A DNA stretch of 15,156 nt from Abditibacteriaceae bacterium (GTDB taxonomy: Bacteria; Armatimonadota; Abditibacteriia; Abditibacteriales; Abditibacteriaceae). Positions 8,330 to 15,156 of this stretch are shown in pieces. The stretch is from positions 1 to 15,156 of the forward strand of contig JANPJS010000123.1 of NCBI GenBank assembly GCA_031425655.1, given 5' to 3'. The notes below the pieces were generated by a model, which saw nothing but the letters and a program-made list of their open reading frames with translations, had not been told where the DNA came from and ran no database searches. How positions within the stretch are numbered: position 1 is the stretch's first letter; each line of letters opens with the position of its first letter. A program made the translations under genes and the position numbers.

Positions 8330-8338
8330 TGTGGATAA
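8330..8338 (-). promoter_or_regulatory. Consensus DnaA box upstream of dnaE
   Basis: TGTGGATAA is the reverse complement of TTATCCACA; intergenic, about 150 bp upstream of dnaE. Confidence 0.6.
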
Positions 8339-8411
8339 CCGCGTGTCGCCTTTGTCATGAAACGTCACGACGCAGAAAATTCCAGCAGCGCCTCCGGCGG
8401 ACAGCTCGTTT

Positions 8412-8420
8412 TGCTATAAC
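8412..8420 (+). promoter_or_regulatory. Putative extended -10 promoter element for dnaE
   Basis: TGCTATAAC (TGn plus a TATAAT-like hexamer) 65 nt upstream of the ATG; no clear -35. Confidence 0.4.
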
Positions 8421-8485
8421 CTTTAATTACCGCGCGGTTCGCCGTTCGTCCATTCCACTCCTCATTAAAGTAAAGGCCGCCTCCG

Positions 8486-11400
8486 ATGTCCAAATGCCCC
8501 TGCGGGTTTTGTCATTTACACGTTCACTCCGAATACTCGCTGCTCGACGGCGCTAATCGCATCAAGGATTTGGCGAAGCGCGCCGCCGAAATGGATATGC
8601 CCGCGCTGGCGCTGACCGATCACGGCGTGATGTATGGCGCTATTGACCACTACGAAGCGTGCAAAGCTGTCGGTGTGAAGCCCATCATCGGGATGGAAGC
8701 CTACGTCGCTCCGCGCAAGCATACCGACAAAGATTCGCAAAAAGACACGCAAAAGCTGACTAATCACCTGACTTTGTGGGCCAAAAACGCGACGGGCTAC
8801 AAAAACCTCGTCAAGTTGACGACACGCGCCAATCTGCACGGCTTTTATTACAAGCCGCGCGTGGATCACGAACTGCTTGCCGAGTTTTCTGAAGGATTAA
8901 TTTGCGGCAGCGCGTGCTTGGGCGGCGAGATTCCGCAGCTTATCATCGGGCAGAAGTTGGACGAAGCGCAGCGCCGCGCCGAGAAATACCGCGAGATTTT
9001 CGGCAAAGAAAACTTTTTCCTTGAATTGATGGATCACGACCTGACCGGGCAGGACGAAGTCAATCAGCGCGTGATTGATATTCATCACAAGACGGGAATC
9101 CCGCTCATCGCCACCAACGACGCGCATTATCTGCGGCGCGAAGACGAGCAGATGCACAAGATTTTGGTCTGCATCGGCACCAACACCACAGTTGACAAAG
9201 CCACATTGCATTACGGGCCGAATTTCTATCTCAAGTCGGCGGAAGAAATGTATGAAAAGTTCAAGCACGTCCCCGAAGCGATGGAAAACACGCTTCGCAT
9301 CGCGGACATGGTTGATCTTGAGTTGGATTTAAAAACCACGCATTTTCCCAACTTCGACGTGCCCGCCGGCCACGATTTGGTGTCGTTTCTGCGCGAGTTG
9401 TGCAAACATCGCTTCGATTCGCGTTATCCTGCCGGCCATCCGCGCCGCGCCGAGGCGATTCCGCGCATGGAATACGAGTTGGGCATCATCATCCAGAAGG
9501 GTTATGCCGGCTACTTTTTGGTGGTGCAGGATTTCATCAACTGGTCGAAAGAGCGCGGCATTTTAGTCGGTTGTCGCGGAAGCGCGGCGGGATGCCTCGT
9601 TTCCTACGTTTTGGGCATCACCAACCTCGATCCGTTGCCGTATGGCTTGCTTTTCGAGCGCTTTTTGAACCCGGATCGTGTTTCCACGCCCGATATTGAC
9701 GTGGACTTTCCCGACAAGCGCCGGGACGAAGTTCTGCAATACGTTTCGGGCAAATACGGCAAAGATAAAGTCGCACAGATCATCACTTTTGGAACGCTTG
9801 CGGCTCGCGCCGCGATTAAAGACACCGCACGCGCAACCGGACTCGACCTGCAAATCGCCGACAAAGTTTCCAAGCTGATTCCCGCGATTCCCGGCCATCC
9901 GATTTCGATTATGCAGGCCGTTGAACAAGTCAACGAATTAAAAAACCTTTACGAAACCGATTCGACAATTCGCCGCCTGTGCGATACGGCCACAAAAATC
10001 GAAGGCATGACGCGCCATTCCTCGCGTCACGCCTGCGGCGTCGTGATTGGCCAGAACGCGCTTGATGAATTAGTGCCCCTGGAAGAAAAAGACGGCGTGA
10101 TTATCACGCAATATCACGCCAAAGCCGTCGAAAAAGTCGGGCTGGTCAAGATGGACTTCCTCGGCCTGCAAAACAACACGGTCATCAACGACACCTTAGA
10201 ACTCATCAAAACGCGGCACGGACGCGACATTGACTTGGAAAACATAGACCTGACCGACAAAAAGGTCTACGACATGATGGGGCGCGGCGACGGCATCGCG
10301 GTTTTCCAGATGGAAGGCGTGGGAATGCGAAACCTGCTGCGCGAAATGAAGCCGGAAAATCTGGAACACATCATCGCGCAGATCAGTTTGTATCGTCCCG
10401 GCCCGATGGACGAAATTCCGCGCTACATCGCAGGCCGTCACGGTGGCAAAGTCACCTATCCGCATCCGAAATTAGAGCCGATTCTCAAAGACACCTACGG
10501 AATGCTGCTTTATCAGGAGCAGGTCATGCAAGCGGCGCAGGCGCTTGCCAACTTCACCGGCGGCCAATCGGAAACGCTGATGAAGGCCATGTCGAAAAAA
10601 CAGGCCGACGCGATGGCGAAGATGAAGCCGCTTTTCGTGGACGGCTGCAAAACCAACGGCATCAATCAAAACGACGCGATTGATATTTTCGACCGTATGG
10701 AAGCCTTCGCAAAATACGCGTTTAATAAGTGCGCGCACGCTCAAACGAAGGTTTATTTGCCTGACGGCACAGGTATAACATTGGCCTGCGCTTTTCGTGA
10801 GCAACCCTCGCAAATCATGGCGATGTGGCCGGACGGCCAAGTGCGCCCGCACAAAGTCGCGCGGATCGTGCAAACCGGACGTAAGGCGCTGCTCAAAATT
10901 ACGACACAAAAAGGCCGTGTGATTAAGGTCACGCCGGAGCATCGCCTGCTCACGACCGAAGGCTACAAAGAAGCTCGTGAGATGGACAGCGGCATGGAAT
11001 TGATGACGATGCCGCATTTCTGGCGAGGTATGCCTGAAAGTGCGCGCGAAGCGCGCCGCCAAAATATGCGTCGCGTGAACGCGCATCCGCAACGCCGAAA
11101 GTGGGCGCAGGAAGCGTCGGAGCGCATGAAGACTTATCAGGCCGCGCGACCTTTAGAAGACAAAGTCGCGCACATGAAACGGATGCACGAATTGCATCCC
11201 GATATGACGCGCCCGGCAGTTGCGGCCATGCACGAGCGGGTGAAATGGCTCATTGCCAACGACGCAGAATGGAAGCAGAATTGGATTCAAAAATCAATCG
11301 CCAACACGCGCGAATGCTATGACACCGGCCCCGGCTATGGGCGTTGCTCAATTGCCTCCAATGGAATGTGGTGCGCCAGCCGGCCCGAACGCGACATGGC

Positions 11401-13351
11401 CGAGTGGCTCATCGCGCAGGGCATCGAGTTCGAGATGCACAAAGTTCTGCCGAATGGGCGCATCTGTGATTTCTATTTCGCGGGCATTTACTGGGAAATG
11501 GACGGTATGGATCGCGTGGCCGAATACTTCGAGGCCAAATACGGTGATTTGCCCTTTGTCGTAGTCACACCCGAAGATTTCAAGTTCAAAATCGAACACC
11601 ATTTGCAGTTGGCGCACGCCGAAAACGGCGACCCGATTGTCAGCATTGAGCCGTGCGGAATTTCGATGACTTACGACATCGAAATGGCGCCTGATGGCCC
11701 ACTCAATTACATCGCCAACGGCATCGTTTCGCACAATTCGCACGCCGCGTATTATGGCTTGGTTTCGTATTGGACAGGCTATTTAAAGGTCAATTACGCC
11801 TCGGAGTTTATGGCGTGCAAGATGACCAGTTTGCTGGATAAAAAAGACAAACTGCTCATCATTATTGACGATTGTCGCAAGCATGGCATCGAAGTTTTGC
11901 CGCCGGATGTCAACGAATCGAACTTCGATTTCACGGTCGTCGGGAGCGGTGAAAAACCGCCGATCCGCTTCGGATTACAAGCGATTAAAGGCATCGGCGA
12001 AGGCCCAATCAGTGCGATTTGCGATGCGCGCAAAGAAGGCGGGCGTTTCGCGTCGCTTTTCGATTTTTGTGAACGCGTGGCCAGCCGCGCCTGCGGCAAA
12101 AGCTGCATCGAAATTCTCATTAAATGCGGCGCCTTCGACACATTGCACGCCAACCGAAAGGCGATGCAGGAAGCGCTTGACGGCGCCATTGATCGGGGCC
12201 AAAAAGCGCAACAGGACGCGCTTTCCGGCCAAATGAACATCTTCGCCACAGACAGTGGCGAAGTCGGACGGCCCAAATCGCAAGGCGAACTGCCGAACAT
12301 CGCGGATGCCGACCGCGACACGCGCTTGTTGTGGGAAAAAGAGCTGCTGGGCCTGTATATCAGCGACCATCCGCTGTTGGCGATGCGCGAATATTTGGAG
12401 CAAAACACGGTTTCGCTCGAACGATTGGGCGAAGACCGCACCTTCAGCGATGGCAGCCGCGTTACGGTCGGCGGTATGGTGACGGTTTTAAAGAAGATGG
12501 TGGACAAAAATGGGCGGACGTGGTGCGCCTTCACCATCGAAGACTTGACTGGCTCGATTGAGATTCTTGCCTTCGCCAAGACCTTCGATAAGTGCAGCGA
12601 AATCGTCAACGAAGACGCGAAACTGCTGATTACAGGCCGTCTTTCCGCCGACAATCGGCGCGGCAACCGCATGAATTCCGAAGACGAAGAAGCGGGCGAA
12701 GAAACCATCGTTTACAAAATCATGGCCGACAGCGTGGAAGTGATTCCAACCGATGCCGCCCAACTTGTGGTGGAAGCGCCTGCCTATGTGCCGCCCGTCG
12801 CATTGCCCGATAAAATCGGCAACGAGGTCGTTTATCAGCCCGGCACGCCGCCGATGCCGAATCCTAACGGAAACGGCCTGAGCAGCCGCAGCCTTACCGT
12901 TGGCGCGTCGAACGGCAACGGAAATAACGGGAATGGCTACAAAAACGGCTCGAATGGCAAGAACGGCGGCTATTCAAACGGCAGCGGTTCCAACGGCCAC
13001 TCATCGAATAATCACAGCGCACCTGTCGCCGTCGAAGCGCCGCCTGAAACTTACGGCAAGCCGCAGCCGGCGCGCGTCGGACGCGTTTTCGCGCCGCCCG
13101 CCGAAGCGATGCACGCCGTCCATATGCACCTGCCCGAAGAGATGGCGACGGCGGAAACCATTAACAAACTGTGGAACATCTGCCGCGAGCATCACGGCCC
13201 GTGCGAAGTCTGGCTGCACATTGACAACGGCCTCGAATTGCTGCAACTGCGCGTGTCGGAAGGCTTCTTCGTCACGCCGTGTCAAGAGTTCGTAGACCAA
13301 ATCTTAGACGTGCTCGGCGATGGCCGGCTGCTGGTGCCGCGCCCTTTGTGA
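8486..13351 (+). CDS. dnaE: DNA polymerase III alpha subunit precursor containing one intein (1621 aa; 1285 aa after splicing)
   Basis: PHP domain (HLHVHSEYSLLDG, LTDHG, NDAHY), RGSAAG, FERFLNPDR, PDIDVDF, KMDFLGL, FNK|SH, EKELLGLYISDHPL, OB fold and clamp-binding-like QMNIF. Confidence 0.98.
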   Translation: MSKCPCGFCHLHVHSEYSLLDGANRIKDLAKRAAEMDMPALALTDHGVMYGAIDHYEACKAVGVKPIIGMEAYVAPRKHTDKDSQKDTQKLTNHLTLWAKNATGYKNLVKLTTRANLHGFYYKPRVDHELLAEFSEGLICGSACLGGEIPQLIIGQKLDEAQRRAEKYREIFGKENFFLELMDHDLTGQDEVNQRVIDIHHKTGIPLIATNDAHYLRREDEQMHKILVCIGTNTTVDKATLHYGPNFYLKSAEEMYEKFKHVPEAMENTLRIADMVDLELDLKTTHFPNFDVPAGHDLVSFLRELCKHRFDSRYPAGHPRRAEAIPRMEYELGIIIQKGYAGYFLVVQDFINWSKERGILVGCRGSAAGCLVSYVLGITNLDPLPYGLLFERFLNPDRVSTPDIDVDFPDKRRDEVLQYVSGKYGKDKVAQIITFGTLAARAAIKDTARATGLDLQIADKVSKLIPAIPGHPISIMQAVEQVNELKNLYETDSTIRRLCDTATKIEGMTRHSSRHACGVVIGQNALDELVPLEEKDGVIITQYHAKAVEKVGLVKMDFLGLQNNTVINDTLELIKTRHGRDIDLENIDLTDKKVYDMMGRGDGIAVFQMEGVGMRNLLREMKPENLEHIIAQISLYRPGPMDEIPRYIAGRHGGKVTYPHPKLEPILKDTYGMLLYQEQVMQAAQALANFTGGQSETLMKAMSKKQADAMAKMKPLFVDGCKTNGINQNDAIDIFDRMEAFAKYAFNKCAHAQTKVYLPDGTGITLACAFREQPSQIMAMWPDGQVRPHKVARIVQTGRKALLKITTQKGRVIKVTPEHRLLTTEGYKEAREMDSGMELMTMPHFWRGMPESAREARRQNMRRVNAHPQRRKWAQEASERMKTYQAARPLEDKVAHMKRMHELHPDMTRPAVAAMHERVKWLIANDAEWKQNWIQKSIANTRECYDTGPGYGRCSIASNGMWCASRPERDMAEWLIAQGIEFEMHKVLPNGRICDFYFAGIYWEMDGMDRVAEYFEAKYGDLPFVVVTPEDFKFKIEHHLQLAHAENGDPIVSIEPCGISMTYDIEMAPDGPLNYIANGIVSHNSHAAYYGLVSYWTGYLKVNYASEFMACKMTSLLDKKDKLLIIIDDCRKHGIEVLPPDVNESNFDFTVVGSGEKPPIRFGLQAIKGIGEGPISAICDARKEGGRFASLFDFCERVASRACGKSCIEILIKCGAFDTLHANRKAMQEALDGAIDRGQKAQQDALSGQMNIFATDSGEVGRPKSQGELPNIADADRDTRLLWEKELLGLYISDHPLLAMREYLEQNTVSLERLGEDRTFSDGSRVTVGGMVTVLKKMVDKNGRTWCAFTIEDLTGSIEILAFAKTFDKCSEIVNEDAKLLITGRLSADNRRGNRMNSEDEEAGEETIVYKIMADSVEVIPTDAAQLVVEAPAYVPPVALPDKIGNEVVYQPGTPPMPNPNGNGLSSRSLTVGASNGNGNNGNGYKNGSNGKNGGYSNGSGSNGHSSNNHSAPVAVEAPPETYGKPQPARVGRVFAPPAEAMHAVHMHLPEEMATAETINKLWNICREHHGPCEVWLHIDNGLELLQLRVSEGFFVTPCQEFVDQILDVLGDGRLLVPRPL
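10730..11737 (+). mobile_element. Intein (336 aa) inserted in the DnaE FNK|SH motif, carrying a putative PD-(D/E)xK/Vsr-like homing endonuclease region
   Basis: Starts at Cys (CAHAQTKV), block B IKVTPEHRLLT, block F TYDIEM, ends NGIVSHN followed by +1 Ser. Removal restores AFNKSHAAYY. Confidence 0.95.
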
Positions 13352-13368
13352 TTCTTCGAGTCATTCTG

Positions 13369-13986
13369 TCAAATAGCGTCGAAGTTTTCTTCGACATAAG
13401 CCATAATGCGCCACATTTTTTCTCGTGCGGCTTCTGGAGTTAATGCCAAGCGATAAGATTCAGCATAGCCATCGTTTTCATCAAACATTCTCTGCGCGGC
13501 CATCAGCCACAGCCCGACGTAATCGTCCGCGTAGTGAGTGCTTAGCTGCTCATCAATCCATAGTAAGGCGCCAACGCACCAATCGGAGTCGCTATCGCCG
13601 GCTAAATTCTGCAAAACTCGATTCAAGTGGGTGCAAAGGAAACTAGCTGAGGCATGGGAAGCAAAGCGAGCCAAAGCGAAACTGTAACCTTGTGACGTGA
13701 TGAAGTAATTGTGGCGGACGAGGGCGCGGCCAATGTCCAATGTAAAGTCATCCCAATTCTTAAGCCCACAAAACCAAGCCCCCGGCAATTTTGCACGCCA
13801 GTTTGCATCAGTCAACAAGTCACCGGCGATTTCCGGCGTAATGTCATGGAGCGCATCTCTTACAAGACAATTCCATTGGTCTTGAGATAAGTCATTGTGC
13901 ATTTCAGGAGAAATGAAATTACCATGAAGGAATTTCAGATAGAAAGGCACGCACCATCTTTGGGCATCAAACGAATTCTCCTGCAT
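13369..13986 (-). CDS. DUF6000-like hypothetical protein
   Basis: PFYLK...LL.DANWRAKLPGAWFCG...IG..L......SQGYSFALARF pattern recalled for this family; visibly more AT-rich codon usage than dnaE. Confidence 0.7.
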   Translation of the reverse strand: MQENSFDAQRWCVPFYLKFLHGNFISPEMHNDLSQDQWNCLVRDALHDITPEIAGDLLTDANWRAKLPGAWFCGLKNWDDFTLDIGRALVRHNYFITSQGYSFALARFASHASASFLCTHLNRVLQNLAGDSDSDWCVGALLWIDEQLSTHYADDYVGLWLMAAQRMFDENDGYAESYRLALTPEAAREKMWRIMAYVEENFDAI

Positions 13987-14006
13987 AAGGCAAGTATAGA
14001 AACCAA

Positions 14007-14038
14007 AACAGCCCGCGCTTTTAAAAGCGCGGGCTGTT
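14007..14038 (-). terminator. Intrinsic terminator downstream of speD
   Basis: Perfect 32-bp palindrome AACAGCCCGCGCTTTT/AAAAGCGCGGGCTGTT, continuing into UUUUGGUUU on the minus strand, 16 nt after the speD stop. Confidence 0.85.
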
Positions 14039-14054
14039 CGGGTGTGTGGCTCGG

Positions 14055-14576
14055 TTAGTTCAACGGGTGGCCGTTGGATTCGTAGCCGTTGGGATGATAG
14101 CCGTTAAGCGCGGTGTGAGTTTCTTCCGCGCCCACGCCGACCAATTCCAAATCCGGCTTGGTGATATTGGGCGTGTAGGCAGTCACGGTTTTGGACATGC
14201 GCGTGGGCAGCATGGTGGTCTCGTTGCCGTATTCCAGACCGCGCCGCAAAACGCAGGTCTCGACTTCGCTCAGGCCAAATTGCTCCATCAAGATGTCGCA
14301 GGTTTTGACCGGATCGAATTCCTTGCACGAAAACACGTCAATCGAAACTTCGCCGCTTTCGGGGAAAGTATGCACCGAGATGTGCGATTCCGCGATCATC
14401 ACGAAGCCGCTAATTCCCCAGTCTTCCGGCGTCACGCCGACGTAGCGGGTGACAATCGGCGGCATGATTTTCGTCATGTTAATCCGCCCCGGCAGCGTGT
14501 CCAACAAATCATACAATGCGGGCAAATCTTGCAGCTTGTGCCAGTTGCCTCCGCGACCTTCAATTACCAAATGCAT
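14055..14576 (-). CDS. speD: S-adenosylmethionine decarboxylase proenzyme (small prokaryotic class 1B, pyruvoyl-dependent)
   Basis: MHLVIEG, GISGFVMIAE|SHISVHTFPE self-cleavage motif, SIDVFSC and RG; RBS AGGAGG at 14583-14588. Has a ~50-aa C-terminal tail. Confidence 0.92.
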   Translation of the reverse strand: MHLVIEGRGGNWHKLQDLPALYDLLDTLPGRINMTKIMPPIVTRYVGVTPEDWGISGFVMIAESHISVHTFPESGEVSIDVFSCKEFDPVKTCDILMEQFGLSEVETCVLRRGLEYGNETTMLPTRMSKTVTAYTPNITKPDLELVGVGAEETHTALNGYHPNGYESNGHPLN

Positions 14577-14641
14577 TGACTGCCTCCTGTTGCTGGCGGG
14601 GACGTTGTGGCCCCTCGCCGCCCTTGAGCCCGACCTTTCTG

Positions 14642-14712
14642 GAATTGAGAATGGAGAATGATGAATGGAGAAAATGGGTATTTCTCAATTCCTAATTCTC
14701 AATTCTTCATTC
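14642..14712. repeat. Inverted pair of heptamer tandem arrays (GAATTGA/GAATGGA-like; STRR-like hairpin)
   Basis: GAATTGA GAATGGA GAATGAT GAATGGA GAAAAT (14642-14675) facing ATTTCTCAA TTCCTAA TTCTCAA TTCTTCA TTC (14680-14712). Confidence 0.85.
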
Positions 14713-14864
14713 GCTGTTAACCGGGCCACACTCCTTTCACGGCTTTGTTGATTAGGATTCCGAAATGTCCGCACCGCGAACGGACTTTCGGCACTACACA
14801 CGCATTCATCGCCTGAGCGTTGGATTTTGCGTGCTTCTACAACTTTTGGTGCTGTATGCGACAT
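14685..14864 (-). CDS. Candidate 59-aa leader peptide (uORF) upstream of speD
   Basis: ATG 14864 to TGA 14685: MSHTAPKVVEARKIQRSGDECVCSAESPFAVRTFRNPNQQSRERSVARLTANEELRIRN. Same strand as speD, ends 108 nt before the speD ATG; RBS is weak. Confidence 0.45.
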   Translation of the reverse strand: MSHTAPKVVEARKIQRSGDECVCSAESPFAVRTFRNPNQQSRERSVARLTANEELRIRN

Positions 14865-14883
14865 GGCGTCCGAAATTTTGGCG

Positions 14884-14975
14884 AAAGAAAAAGTCACACC
14901 AGTAATCAGGACTAATCCTCGCTCTTGCGAGTTAGGCCCCCAGTGTGACTTTCACACAGACCATTTAAGGTCTGT
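14884..14975 (-). ncRNA. Candidate structured cis-regulatory RNA at the 5' end of the speD leader
   Basis: Minus strand: hairpin ACAGACC-UUAAAU-GGUCUGU; then long stem AAAGUCACACUGG...CUGGUGUGACUUU enclosing CUAA/UUAG and CUC-GCAA-GAG (GNRA loop), followed by a U-tract. Confidence 0.5.
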
Positions 14976-14985
14976 TTAGTTGTCG

Positions 14986-15015
14986 GTTTTACCACTTTGG
15001 CGCACAGCGTTTCAA
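14986..15015 (-). promoter_or_regulatory. Putative sigma70 promoter for the speD leader transcript
   Basis: Minus strand TTGAAA (15015-15010), 18 bp, TG-G-TAAAAC extended -10 (14991-14986), just upstream of the first hairpin. Confidence 0.4.
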
Positions 15016-15156
15016 AGCATACAGCTAAACGATAAACGCTTCAAGATGGTTGCGTGGAATTTTCCGTTTCCCGAAAAATTTAACATGAGATGATTAACTA
15101 CAAAGACATCCGCCCAGAGGGCACCCGGCACAAAGATTTCACAAAGAATTTGAAAG

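Noticed and set aside
8248..8340. Replication origin
   Set aside because: Only one consensus DnaA box and no dnaA/dnaN context.
14642..14712. CRISPR-like array
   Set aside because: Units are 7 bp with no spacers, and no cas genes are present.
14943..14957. TGTGA...TCACA resembling a CRP site
   Set aside because: The spacer is 3 bp rather than 6; better explained as an alternative RNA hairpin.
14884..15156. Known SAM-I riboswitch upstream of speD
   Set aside because: The conserved AUC..GAG / GCAACC / GUGC..AUUCC / GAUGA core in the correct order is not present on the minus strand.

Overview
Bacterial chromosomal window, moderately GC-rich. The DUF1559/prepilin-type gene suggests Armatimonadota/Abditibacteriota or PVC-type bacteria (inference only). 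Gene order: a signal-peptide-bearing protein with a PD-(D/E)xK-like motif pattern (+); a prepilin-type/H-X9-DG protein (-); an aroG-type DAHP synthase > BCP peroxiredoxin > membrane-anchored thioredoxin run (-); a small-protein + PIN-domain pair resembling a toxin-antitoxin module (+); three secreted repeat or lectin-like proteins (-); dnaE (Pol III alpha, +) interrupted by a 336-aa intein with a non-LAGLIDADG nuclease-like insert; a DUF6000-like gene (-); and speD (-). The most notable unexplained stretch is the ~400-nt speD leader. It contains a candidate promoter, mutually exclusive hairpins ending in a U-tract, a 59-aa uORF and competing stems next to the speD RBS, which together suggest a leader-peptide/RNA switch for polyamine synthesis. 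Three unrelated intergenic inverted-repeat elements and a perfect DnaA box upstream of dnaE are also present.
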